Program-made: the position numbers and the translations under genes
From: a candidate division FCPU426 bacterium
GTDB lineage: Bacteria > Oederibacteriota > Muellerivitia > Muellerivitales > Muellerivitaceae
Direction of reading: 5' to 3'
DNA length: 64,000 bases
NCBI GenBank assembly: GCA_963771075.1
Contig: CAVYSE010000026.1
Span: 32,001 to 96,000 of the forward strand
Part shown: in pieces, positions 1-9,870 of the stretch
Numbering within the stretch: position 1 is the stretch's first letter
How the letters are laid out: each line of letters begins with the position of its first letter
Notes under the pieces: generated by a model
Database searches by the model: none
Told to the model about the DNA's origin: nothing
What the model saw: the letters and a program-made list of their open reading frames with translations, nothing else

Positions 1-2
1 CG

Positions 3-1645
3 GAGGGAGTCGTTTCCAAGGAGGTGGGATGGAACACGATCTTGAGGTTGGAAACTCCCATGCAGCCCAACGCCGATTCGGTGATCACCTTCCGGAGCGC
101 AGCGATCCACTTTGACCCTTCCTGGATGTCGGCCACCCTGGGTGATTTCGAGGAATCCTACACTCCCCTCGTGATGTGGAATCGAAACACCCTGGACCTT
201 CGTTATGTTCCGGAGATGATGGCCCGCCAGGATGATACGGCCAAATACGAAAGTTTCCTCAACCACGAGCCGGATTGGCCATTGCGGGGTGTCAAGATCG
301 GCACGGAACTCATGTGGCCGGATTCCCCTATTGTGGAAAGATTCCAAGTTTCCGCTTTCGCCGACATGGTCCACGATAGCCTCAACGATTACGGCGGTTT
401 CATCGGTCCCGGCCAATATACGGACTGGATTTTCGGGGGAAAGGCTTACCTCCAGTCCCCCAAGCAATATTGGGAGGACGGTTCCTGGCAATGGGACTTG
501 AGCGCCTGCGGACTGGTCATGGACGAGCCCCTCGACTCCAACCCCGGCCTTGCCTATGATCCCTACAACGCCTCGACCTGGGCACACCAGTACCTGATCG
601 GGAGCGTCCAACCGGGTTTGAAGGTGACGCTGGGGGGGAACTCACCTTGGGGGCCACCGCGGAATTCGCTTTTTCCAGCTACCAGGACGACAAGCTCAAC
701 TCCAACCGGATCTTCAACGACAACGCCTTTTTGGGCGGCGCCTATATCGGAATCGGCGATTCCCGGGTCACCTTCAACTACCTTTACGTGGACCCCTATT
801 TCTATTCGCCGCTGGCCCAAACCCGGCAGGACGCGGTCACGAACCTGTCGGGACTTAGCTCGATGGCCAGTTCAGGACTTTTCTCGTCCCCGCTCCGGGG
901 ACAATTTTTCCTTCCTTCCATCCCTCGGGCCGGGGGGATCTTTGGCTACTATGACCGGACCCAGGACAATACCTTCCCCTACGGGTTGGCGACCCCCAAC
1001 CGGGTGGGCGTGGGAATGGAAGTGGATATCCGGGCCTTGGAACAACGCGCCTTGCGGATCCTGGGGTCGGCTTACCTCATGCAGGAAGTGGAGGACAATC
1101 TGGTCACCAACGCGGCCTACACGGCTCTGGTCCCCGTGGACGCGCCCCTGGGGACCGGTTCGGTCCCCGCACGGCAATTCACCTATATCAATGCCGGACC
1201 CTCCCTCAACCTGGGGCCGCTGATCGGATGGGACCGGGACCTGGAGATCGGGACGAATTTACGGATGGAACAAACCACCAGCGGTTTGGGAAACCTGACC
1301 AGCACCTGGATCCTCGGAGGATTCCGCGTGGATGTCCTTCCGGTATGGGAGGTTTCGGCCTATTACGGCAACCAAACCGCGCAAGGCACGGAGGAGGGCG
1401 TGGATGGGACCCTTTGGGCCCGGTACGCTTACGTCTTCGACGGATCCGACCTGGGACAATACCAGCCCTTCACCGTGAACGGAACCAACCAAAGTTGGAT
1501 GTTCACGAACCTTTTCAAGGTGAACCGCAACTCCAGCATCGATTTGGACCTCGATTGGACCAGCGGAAACCTGCTGCCCGTCCGTCCCGCCCCTGGGACT
1601 CTCAACAGCCTGTTTTATGAGGTGACTTATGAAGTCCGGTTCTGA
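3..1645 (+). CDS. Outer-membrane beta-barrel protein, 5'-partial, split by a frameshift at the G run near 632-638
   Basis: The frame of ORF 24..1223 is open from the window edge and protein-like up to ...LKVTLGG. ORF 647..1645 continues in another frame with amphipathic beta-strands and ends YEVTYEVRF (C-terminal Phe, BAM-type signal). Confidence 0.7.
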
Positions 1646-2363
1646 GGGGAAAAGCGCAATCCGTTTGGGGCTCCTCGCCCTGTTGGGAGCCATCGGGTGG
1701 AGCTGCCAAACCCAGGCGCCCACGAATTACCTTTCCGTGCCGGCGGGAGGAGACGCGCCCTCGATGATCATCAACTTCGAGGGTTCCCCGGCCACCGTCG
1801 TGAATTCCAACCTGGCCGAGGCCGGGGTGGCCCATCACGTCGTGGTGAGTCCCGGGTTCGCGAGCCTCAATGGCGGAGGCAGTTCCATGCTCGTTTCCAT
1901 GCCCGGAGCCGCCGGGACAGGCCATGCGCTCAGCGTTTCGGGCATCGTGACCGGCACCCTGCTCCAGCTGACCATCAGCTTGGACACCAATTCGCCGACG
2001 GGATATTACGACGCCAGCCTGTTCAAGGGTGTCCGGTTTTACCTGAGGGTCATGGGGGATGACCAAACCACCCAGAAGTTTTTTTCAATTCCCATCGCCC
2101 AAACCATGCCGATCGGGAACAAGGGCACCTGCCCCGCCAACTGTTACGACCATTTTGGCTACACTTACTCCGGCACCCACGGGCAATGGCAGCAGGTTTC
2201 GCTGGATTTTTCGTCCCTGAAACGGCACGGTTACGGGGGCCCCGTGACACCAAGCACCCTGACCGGGACCAATCTCCAGCAATTCGTGCAGTTGCAATGG
2301 CAGGAAAACAGCGACGGCACCAACATGGCGGATTTTTCGGTGGATGAGGTCCAATTCTATTGA
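1629..2363 (+). CDS. Lipoprotein with a CBM11/CIA30-like carbohydrate-binding beta-sandwich
   Basis: Signal peptide with lipobox-like GWSC; motifs YDASLFKGVRFY, GQWQQVSLDFSSL, FSVDEVQFY. Confidence 0.65.
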   Translation: MKSGSEGKSAIRLGLLALLGAIGWSCQTQAPTNYLSVPAGGDAPSMIINFEGSPATVVNSNLAEAGVAHHVVVSPGFASLNGGGSSMLVSMPGAAGTGHALSVSGIVTGTLLQLTISLDTNSPTGYYDASLFKGVRFYLRVMGDDQTTQKFFSIPIAQTMPIGNKGTCPANCYDHFGYTYSGTHGQWQQVSLDFSSLKRHGYGGPVTPSTLTGTNLQQFVQLQWQENSDGTNMADFSVDEVQFY

Positions 2364-2417
2364 CCGTAGGTTCGTTGGAAGCGGTTCACCGTAAAAGGTT
2401 TCGCGGGAGGGTTTGGC

Positions 2418-3674
2418 ATGAATAGAAAATGGTTGGGTTTTTCCGTGATGGCGCCGGTCCTCACGGCCTTCGCCCTTTGGCTTGCCCAGGGCTGCGCCCA
2501 AAAGCTACCGAGCTTGGCCAGCGTGGCCATCCCGCCCACTCCCACTCCCCAAACCAGCTGGTTTTTCGAGACGAACACCAATATCGGCGCCGGAAACGGG
2601 AATTGGAACGACACCGGGCTCAATGTCTACGCGGGCACCCCGGTCACGGGCGTTGTGAGCTGGAGCCAACCCGGGTATAACGGTTCGGTCGGTTGCTTGA
2701 GTGATAACCTTACCTTTTCCGGGTCCGCCCAATCGGATACCCTCCAGTACACCCCCCTCTCCCCCCTGAATTTCACCGCGCTGGGACTCAATGGGCTGAG
2801 CGCTGAAATATGGGTCGATTCATCCTTGGATAGCGCCCCGTCCGTCCAGATCTATTTTCAAAGCGGTTCGGGAACTTGGGAATGGGGGAACCAGGTTTCC
2901 GTGACTCCCAACGCATGGACCAGCATCGGGTTCATTCCCACTTGGTCCAATAACGGGGAAGATCCGACGAAAGTCCAGTCCTTCTGGATCACGGTCAAGT
3001 CGGGTTCGGGCGGCACCTTGGGGAGTGGGAACATCAAGCTGGACAATATCGTGCTCAACGCAGGCGCCATTATTCCGGTGGCCACCCCCACCGTGACCTC
3101 CCTTCCGGCATCCCCGACACCCACCTTTACGCCGGTGGCCGCCGACAGCTGGTATTTCGAGAGCAGCACGATGGGCGCCGCGGGGAACGGCATTGGCACC
3201 GCGGCGAACCAGTCGGACACCTGGTATGACAACGGGGCCGGCTCGGTTTCGGGCGTCATCAGCTGGGCTTCCCCCGGTTACAACGGTTCCGCGGGCTGCC
3301 TGGTCGATTTCCTGACCTTCACCGCCCAGGGGCAAACTGATGAGATCCAATATTCCCCCTCAAGCCCGATGAATTGGACAAGCCTGGGGATTGTGGGGAT
3401 GCGGGGAGAGGTGTGGGTTGACGGCAGTTTGGATACGAACGGCAGTCCCGTGGTTCAGCTTTTCGCTTCCAGCGGTTCGGGGACAGTCTGGGAATATGGG
3501 GGTTATGACAATTTGACCGGAAACGCATGGACGGAAGCCGCCTGGGTACCCCCCTTTTCCACTTCCGGAACCGATCCAACCCAGGTCCATGAAATCTGGT
3601 TCAAGATCGTAACGAATACGGGTTCCTCTTTCGGGAGCGGAAACATCAAGCTGGACAATATCGAGCTTTATTAG
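2418..3674 (+). CDS. Lipoprotein with two tandem CBM-like domains joined by a Pro/Thr linker
   Basis: Lipobox AQGC; duplicated domain (W-x-FE...PGYNGS-x-GCL...GSGNIKLDNI) rich in Trp. Confidence 0.7.
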   Translation: MNRKWLGFSVMAPVLTAFALWLAQGCAQKLPSLASVAIPPTPTPQTSWFFETNTNIGAGNGNWNDTGLNVYAGTPVTGVVSWSQPGYNGSVGCLSDNLTFSGSAQSDTLQYTPLSPLNFTALGLNGLSAEIWVDSSLDSAPSVQIYFQSGSGTWEWGNQVSVTPNAWTSIGFIPTWSNNGEDPTKVQSFWITVKSGSGGTLGSGNIKLDNIVLNAGAIIPVATPTVTSLPASPTPTFTPVAADSWYFESSTMGAAGNGIGTAANQSDTWYDNGAGSVSGVISWASPGYNGSAGCLVDFLTFTAQGQTDEIQYSPSSPMNWTSLGIVGMRGEVWVDGSLDTNGSPVVQLFASSGSGTVWEYGGYDNLTGNAWTEAAWVPPFSTSGTDPTQVHEIWFKIVTNTGSSFGSGNIKLDNIELY

Positions 3675-3714
3675 CGGTTTCAACGATGGATTCTTCTCCC
3701 CTTAAAAGGCGGTC

Positions 3715-5706
3715 ATGAAAGTTCATTCATATGCTGGGGGCGGCTGGTTCGTTACCGAAGGCAAGGCGATCGTCTGCTCGCAGGTGTTTCCCTTGGAAAT
3801 GGCAATAAAGGGAAAGATCTATCAAGGAAAGATGGAACGGGGCCTCCGGGGGACCTTTTCGGGCCGATTGGCGGATGGAAAGGGAGATTTCCTTTCTTGC
3901 GACGCTTCCTTCCGAAAAAGGACCCTTCATGGACTGGAAGTGCTGGAGGAAAAAAGGGTCTATCGGGCCCTGCGGGATATCCCGAAAGCTTTATTGACCG
4001 TCCGGTATTTCCTCCAACCCGTCCCGAAACAGGGAGACGGCTTCCTGGCCATTCCCGCCCTTTGGTACGGGGACAACGAGGGTTGGCAGAAGAAGATCCC
4101 CTATCCCAAGGGGATCGAAAAGGACTGGAGTTTCCGGGCGGATGGGTCTTCCTGCCCGGCGGTGATCTGGATCACGCCCCTCTCTTCCTATGCCCTGGCA
4201 ATCGATCCATCGGTCCGGTTCCCGGTGAAACACCAAGGGTTGGACGACATCCTGGGCATCGGGTTCGCCCGGATGGAGGATCGGCCCCAGGCCCTTTTCA
4301 CTTTCCCGGCCCAGGAAATTCCCAAAAGTTTCCCCTGGGGCCGAAAGCTCCGGGCGCCCCTCCAACCCCGTATTGACTGGAAGAAAGGGCAGGGCCTGAC
4401 CCTCACCCTTTACCATTCCGCCTCCAGGCCGAACCGGGCCTTCCACGTCCGGGTATGGCGGGCCCACATGGACCGGGTTTCCAAGCCCTTCCGGTACCGG
4501 ATTGATCGCTCGAAGCTTGAGAAAACAGCCGGTCTCTTCACCCACTGCCTGAAAGAAAGCCATTTTCTGGAAGGAAAGGGGTTTTCCCACCGGCACGATA
4601 TCCCCGAGATTTTCACAGGATGGTGCGGAGGGTTCGCGGCGGCCTACGCGGCAATCAAATGGGGCGACCTGTCCGGCGATCCGAGGCTCCGATCGATGGG
4701 TGAAACCATGTGCGATTACATCTGCCAAGAGGGGGTTTCGCCCTCGGGGCTCTTTTATTCCGAGAACGCCAAGGGAATTTGGCTGGAAAAGGTTTTTTGG
4801 GGAGCGGCCCGGGGCATTCACATGCGCAATCCCTCGGAGGGTTCCTGCTACCTGGCCCTGATCCTGGAATACGAGCGCCAAAAGGGAAGGACCCGGCCGC
4901 TCTGGGACCGGGCCCTGCGCTCGAACCTGGACCGGGTGGTCGCCCTCCAGCGGCGGGACGGCGCCATTCCCCACGAGGTGGATGGAAAGACCGGCAAACC
5001 CCTTTCCTGGGTGGGGGCCACGAGCGGCGCCTGGGCGGGCGCGCTGGCGGTTTATTCACGGATCGACGGGGACAAATTACGGTCCCGGGGCTACCTCCGC
5101 TCGGCCGAAAAGGCCGCGGCTTACTACCTGAAGCATTACGTGGAGAGGGAACGGTATATCGGCGGGCCTTACGACACCTACATGGCCCCCAATATGGAAG
5201 ATCCCTACAACCTGCTTTTGGCCTACTCGGAGTTGTTCCAGGCCACGGGTAAAAGGAAATGGCTGGGGGCGGCCCAAAGGGTGGCCGACCATCTCCTGTC
5301 CTGGCGATATCTCTACGACGCGCGGTTCCCGGACGGGACCGTCTGCCGGAAAAATAAGGTGAAGACCTTCCACATGTCCCCCGCGTCGGTCTCGAACAAG
5401 CATATCCAGAACTGGGACACCCTGGCCGATCCCTACCTGATGAGGCTCAGCCGATGGCTGGGGGATCCCTTTTACGCCGACTGCGCCCGCCAACACCTGG
5501 CGGCTTCCACCCAATTGGTGCAGGTTGGCCAGCTTCCCAAGGGTATTCCCTACGGCGGCCAATCGGAGCAGTGGTACGCGACGAATTTCAACTGGTTCGG
5601 GAATTGCGGCAAGTACTCCAAGGGTAACCTCTGGCAGATCACGGTGGCCCTGCCGAAGGCGGGATTCCTTATTTCCATGGCGGAATTGAGGGCCGGGGGA
5701 AAATAA
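3715..5706 (+). CDS. Uncharacterised glycoside-hydrolase-like protein, probable (alpha/alpha)6 C-terminal domain
   Basis: 663 aa; helical repeats such as YLRSAEKAAAYY and KWLGAAQRVADHLL; located in a sugar locus; no signal peptide. Confidence 0.5.
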   Translation: MKVHSYAGGGWFVTEGKAIVCSQVFPLEMAIKGKIYQGKMERGLRGTFSGRLADGKGDFLSCDASFRKRTLHGLEVLEEKRVYRALRDIPKALLTVRYFLQPVPKQGDGFLAIPALWYGDNEGWQKKIPYPKGIEKDWSFRADGSSCPAVIWITPLSSYALAIDPSVRFPVKHQGLDDILGIGFARMEDRPQALFTFPAQEIPKSFPWGRKLRAPLQPRIDWKKGQGLTLTLYHSASRPNRAFHVRVWRAHMDRVSKPFRYRIDRSKLEKTAGLFTHCLKESHFLEGKGFSHRHDIPEIFTGWCGGFAAAYAAIKWGDLSGDPRLRSMGETMCDYICQEGVSPSGLFYSENAKGIWLEKVFWGAARGIHMRNPSEGSCYLALILEYERQKGRTRPLWDRALRSNLDRVVALQRRDGAIPHEVDGKTGKPLSWVGATSGAWAGALAVYSRIDGDKLRSRGYLRSAEKAAAYYLKHYVERERYIGGPYDTYMAPNMEDPYNLLLAYSELFQATGKRKWLGAAQRVADHLLSWRYLYDARFPDGTVCRKNKVKTFHMSPASVSNKHIQNWDTLADPYLMRLSRWLGDPFYADCARQHLAASTQLVQVGQLPKGIPYGGQSEQWYATNFNWFGNCGKYSKGNLWQITVALPKAGFLISMAELRAGGK

Positions 5707-5829
5707 GGCGTCCGGGGGGTTGGGGCGCGGGCCCCGTCGGCGGTTCGGATTGACCGGGCTGGATCTCGCCAGGCAAGCCTCTCCGGTCGGGTGCCTCTTT
5801 TTCGGAAAGAGAGTGGATAATAACAAGCT

Positions 5830-7683
5830 ATGGCGCCTAAGACGGGAAAGTCCCCCACTGAATTCGAGTCCTTTCTCGGACAGGAAATTTTCCTGTCCAT
5901 CCTCAACTACTATGTCGACCTGAATTGCTTCATCATTCCCGTTTCCCCCATCCAGCTTTTTCCGAAGGACCACCATCGTTATCCTACTTCCTGGATCAGC
6001 GTCCATTACCACCGACGGCTGGTTTCCATATTCGATTTCGAGAAGGATTGGGGTGCCATCTCGCGGTTGAGCCAATCCGTGGAAGGATATTGCCGTAAGG
6101 TCCGGAAGGAAAAACGTACCTTTCGGGGCGATCACCTGGGTTTTTACGACTTTTACGTGCCCGTTTTGAACAAAGGGGATTGCATCGCGATCCTGGTTTC
6201 CGGAGCCTTTTCGGACCGGGAGATCACCTCGGAGCAATTGAGCCGAAGCTGGCACCTCTTGACGGGCCAGACGGCCTCGCCCGTGAACGACGAATTCCGG
6301 GAATTCGCCCGTTGCCTCCTGCAAACTCCCGTACTGGAAGGAAAACTTTTGGAGGCCTACCAGGGGGCCTTGGAAGTTTTTGCGGCGATCCTGGGAGGCA
6401 ACCCGGATTGGCGGGACAATGCCCGCCAGCTTCGGGAATTGATGCTGGGTGTTTTTTGCAAGGGAATGCCCCACAGTTATTTCGTGGATTGGGCTTTGGG
6501 CCGCCCCGGAAGCCAGTCCACGCCCCCCTGGGGCCGGGACATCGAAAAGTGGGATTTTATTCGGGAAGAGATCGGGTTGACCCGGATCCCCACCACGGCC
6601 ATCACGGTCCTTCCGCGCCGTTCCCTGGGCCGGAAAGAGGAAGCGGTCGATGAAATGCTGAGGATCTACCGTTTCCAGAGGGCCTGTTTCCGCTTCGCCA
6701 AAACGATCCCGCAGACGGTGGCGGGGCCGATGGAGGATTATGGGGCCGTTTTCGTGACTTCCGCGGAGCCGAGAAAAAACAAGATCCAACCCCGAAAGCA
6801 GATCGAGGATATCGCCCGCCAGATTCAAAAGTTCGCCACCCTCCAGCTGGGAGGACCCGTGCAGGTTGGAGTTGGACGGACCTTGGCCCCGGGGCAGGTC
6901 TTGAGGGATTCGTACCATGAGGCCGTATTGGCGCTTCATTTGGGAAAGGAAACGGGAAAGGATATCGTGTTCTATTCCTCCGGGCAGTCGGAAGGAAAGA
7001 AGGATGGGTTCGCTTCCGCCCGCCGCCTCCTATTGGAACTCGCCCAGGCCTTCCGGACCTCCACCCTCTCCGACATCGGCCTTCTCCGGGAAAGGTTCTT
7101 AAAGGAGATCCTGACCCTCGCCTTCCAGGACCCGGATGAAATCCATGTGCATTTTGAATATGCCCTCCTGGTGTTGGTGGAAGCCCTGAGGGCGAAACCA
7201 GGGGTCGGCGACGCCGGGGCGGACCGGCTTTTTTCGGCCCTTTCCTCCTTCCTGACCTCCGCCAGTACGGTCCAGGAAAAAGTGCTCGCCTTCCAGGAAA
7301 TGATCGACCGACTTTGCGCGCATGCCTTGAAACCCCTCGCCCTCTCGTCCGTCTTGTCCCTGGAGAGCCTCCGGTCGCATATCGACGAGCAGTTCCAGGA
7401 ACCCCTGAGGATTTCCGACCTGGCCCGCCGGGCCCGGATGTCACCGGCCACTTTCAGCCGTAAATTCAAGAAGTTGACCGGCCAGGGCCTGGGCGACTAC
7501 CTCCAGGAAAAACGCATCCGGGAGGCGAGACGCCTGCTCCGGGTCAGCCATCTGTCGGTTTCCCAGGTCAGCCGGCAGTGCGGTTTCCTGTCGGAAAATT
7601 ATTTCCGGACCCTTTTTAAGGCCAAAACCAAATTGACCCCCCAGGAATTTCGAGAAAGGCCCCTCGCCAATGATAAAGATTGA
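5830..7683 (+). CDS. AraC-family transcriptional regulator with a long N-terminal sensory region
   Basis: C-terminal AraC HTH (LARRARMSPATFSRKFKK...GFLSENYFRTLFK); central CdaR-like segment (VGVGRT...DSYHEAVLAL). Confidence 0.85.
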   Translation: MAPKTGKSPTEFESFLGQEIFLSILNYYVDLNCFIIPVSPIQLFPKDHHRYPTSWISVHYHRRLVSIFDFEKDWGAISRLSQSVEGYCRKVRKEKRTFRGDHLGFYDFYVPVLNKGDCIAILVSGAFSDREITSEQLSRSWHLLTGQTASPVNDEFREFARCLLQTPVLEGKLLEAYQGALEVFAAILGGNPDWRDNARQLRELMLGVFCKGMPHSYFVDWALGRPGSQSTPPWGRDIEKWDFIREEIGLTRIPTTAITVLPRRSLGRKEEAVDEMLRIYRFQRACFRFAKTIPQTVAGPMEDYGAVFVTSAEPRKNKIQPRKQIEDIARQIQKFATLQLGGPVQVGVGRTLAPGQVLRDSYHEAVLALHLGKETGKDIVFYSSGQSEGKKDGFASARRLLLELAQAFRTSTLSDIGLLRERFLKEILTLAFQDPDEIHVHFEYALLVLVEALRAKPGVGDAGADRLFSALSSFLTSASTVQEKVLAFQEMIDRLCAHALKPLALSSVLSLESLRSHIDEQFQEPLRISDLARRARMSPATFSRKFKKLTGQGLGDYLQEKRIREARRLLRVSHLSVSQVSRQCGFLSENYFRTLFKAKTKLTPQEFRERPLANDKD

Positions 7684-9817
7684 ACATCCGGCAAACTCCC
7701 GAGGGGAAGCGTTCGGGGTCCGCTCGGGATCCGTTCCTTTGCAAGCCGCGCTACTGGGGTTGATTCTCCTCGCGGTGATCGGACGGGCGGCCGCGGAAGA
7801 CGGCTACGACCTATGGCTTCGCTACCTGAAGGTAGATGATCCCGTTGTTCTTTCCGCCTATCGGAAAAAGATCACATCGATTGTGGCCCAGGGAAAATCG
7901 GAAATCGCCCAGGCCATTCAACAAGAGCTTCGGCGGGGTTTGGAAGGCCTGTTGGGAAAAAATATTCCAATCGCGGATTCACCCCCGGGACCGGGGGCGA
8001 TCCTTGTGGGCACTCCCGAAGACTCGTTCAAGGTCGCCCGCTTGGGATGGGGAAGGGTCCTGAAGAAACTGGGCCCGGAGGGATACCGCATCCATACGGC
8101 CCAGGTCGACGGCTATCCCGTTTGGGTGATCGCGTCCCAGGGCGAAAGGGGCGTCCTTTACGGAGTTTTCCATTTACTCCGTTTACTTCAGACCCATCGG
8201 GCGTTGGATCGCCTGGAATGCGAGGATAAGCCGGCCTATCCCCTGCGTATGCTCGACCATTGGGACAACCTGGACGGTTCCATTGAGCGGGGTTACGCCG
8301 GAAAGTCCCTTTGGCGTTGGAAAGAGTTGCCGGAAAGGGTGGATGCACGCCTGACGGATTACGCCCGAGCCTGCGCCTCCATCGGTTTGAACGGGGTGGT
8401 GCTGAACAATGTCAACACCGATCCCCGGATATTGACGCGCGATTACTTGGTCAAGGCGGCGGCGGTGGCGGGAGCGTTCCGGCCCTACGGTTTGAGGCTT
8501 TACCTGTCGGCCAATTTCGGTTCGCCCAAGGCGCTGGGGGAATGGCCCACGGCGGACCCGCTTGACCCGGGAGTGGGGAAGTGGTGGAAAAAAAAGGCGG
8601 ATGAAATCTACTCGCTTATCCCGGACTTCGGCGGGTTTCTGGTGAAAGCCAACAGCGAAGGCCAACCGGGCCCACAGGATTACGGGCGCACCCAGGCCCA
8701 GGGCGCCAATATGCTGGCACGGGCCTTGGCGCCCCACGGGGGAAGCGTCTTATGGCGGGCCTTTGTTTATTCGCCCGAAGTGGATCCGGACCGGATCAAG
8801 CGCGCTTATAAGGAATTCATCCCCTTGGATGGGCAATTCTTGCCGAATGTCCTGGTCCAGGTGAAGAACGGGCCCTTGGATTTCCAGCCCCGGGAACCCT
8901 TCCATCCCTTGTTCGGCGCCATGAAGCAAACGCCCCTGATGGCGGAACTGCAGGTCACCCAGGAATACCTGGGGCAATCCACGCACCTGGTTTACCTGGC
9001 CCCGATGTGGAAAGAGTTCCTGGATTCGGATACCCACGCGCCGGGCCCGGAGACCCTGGTCCGAAACCGGGTGAGGGGCATGGCTGGGGTGGCCAATACG
9101 GGCGATGACCGGAATTGGTGCGGCCATCCTTTTGCCCCGGCCAATTGGTACGCTTTCGGAAGGCTGGCCTGGAACCCTTCCCTCAAGGCGGAGGATATCG
9201 CGGAGGAATGGATCCGCATGACCTGGGGCAACGATCCGGATTTGGTGCGAACCCTGATCCCGCTCATGATGGGCTCGCGGGAAATCTTCGCGAACTATTC
9301 CTCCCCGCTGGGGTTGAACGGAATGTATGGAGGAGACCATTACTCCCCCATGCCCTGGAGCGTCTTTCCCGGGCATGAGGACTGGTCCTCCCCCTATTTC
9401 CACCGGGCGGCTCTCGATGGCCTGGGTTATGACCGCACTCGCCAGGGAAGCGACGCAGTGGACCAGTATTACCCACCCCTGAACGATCTTTGGAACGACC
9501 TCGCTACCTGTCCGGAGGAATACCTGCTTTGGTTCCATCGCCTGTCCTGGAACTACCGCTTGAAATCGGGACTTACCCTTTGGGAGGGGTTGTGCCAGAA
9601 GTACGGCGAGGGCGCGCGAGGGGCCCGGGAAATGGAAGGGCTTTGGGGGAAGGTGAAGGGAAAGGTGGATGCTGAGCGGTTCGGGAAAGTGGAGGATAAG
9701 CTGCGCCAGCAAGCCCGGGACGCCCAAGATTGGCGGGACGCCTGTTTGGGGTATTTCCAAACCTTCAGCCACCAACCCATTCGGAAGGATGGGGAAGCAG
9801 TGAAGGGCGGGTCTTGA
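7670..9817 (+). CDS. aguA: Alpha-glucuronidase, GH67, with signal peptide
   Basis: EDGYDLWLRY, DHWDNLDGSIERGYAG, KANSEGQPGP, KNGPLDFQPREP, ELQVTQEYLGQ. Confidence 0.95.
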   Translation: MIKIEHPANSRGEAFGVRSGSVPLQAALLGLILLAVIGRAAAEDGYDLWLRYLKVDDPVVLSAYRKKITSIVAQGKSEIAQAIQQELRRGLEGLLGKNIPIADSPPGPGAILVGTPEDSFKVARLGWGRVLKKLGPEGYRIHTAQVDGYPVWVIASQGERGVLYGVFHLLRLLQTHRALDRLECEDKPAYPLRMLDHWDNLDGSIERGYAGKSLWRWKELPERVDARLTDYARACASIGLNGVVLNNVNTDPRILTRDYLVKAAAVAGAFRPYGLRLYLSANFGSPKALGEWPTADPLDPGVGKWWKKKADEIYSLIPDFGGFLVKANSEGQPGPQDYGRTQAQGANMLARALAPHGGSVLWRAFVYSPEVDPDRIKRAYKEFIPLDGQFLPNVLVQVKNGPLDFQPREPFHPLFGAMKQTPLMAELQVTQEYLGQSTHLVYLAPMWKEFLDSDTHAPGPETLVRNRVRGMAGVANTGDDRNWCGHPFAPANWYAFGRLAWNPSLKAEDIAEEWIRMTWGNDPDLVRTLIPLMMGSREIFANYSSPLGLNGMYGGDHYSPMPWSVFPGHEDWSSPYFHRAALDGLGYDRTRQGSDAVDQYYPPLNDLWNDLATCPEEYLLWFHRLSWNYRLKSGLTLWEGLCQKYGEGARGAREMEGLWGKVKGKVDAERFGKVEDKLRQQARDAQDWRDACLGYFQTFSHQPIRKDGEAVKGGS

Positions 9818-9870
9818 GGGTGCATTCAAGTTTCAAGGGTAATTTTTAATAAAGTCGAAAGGGGTTGCTC

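Noticed and set aside
5077..6939. 620-aa minus-strand ORF and similar long antisense ORFs (e.g. 52011..53336, 54625..55938)
   Set aside because: They overlap well-supported genes on the opposite strand, have no recognisable motifs, and are expected at high GC
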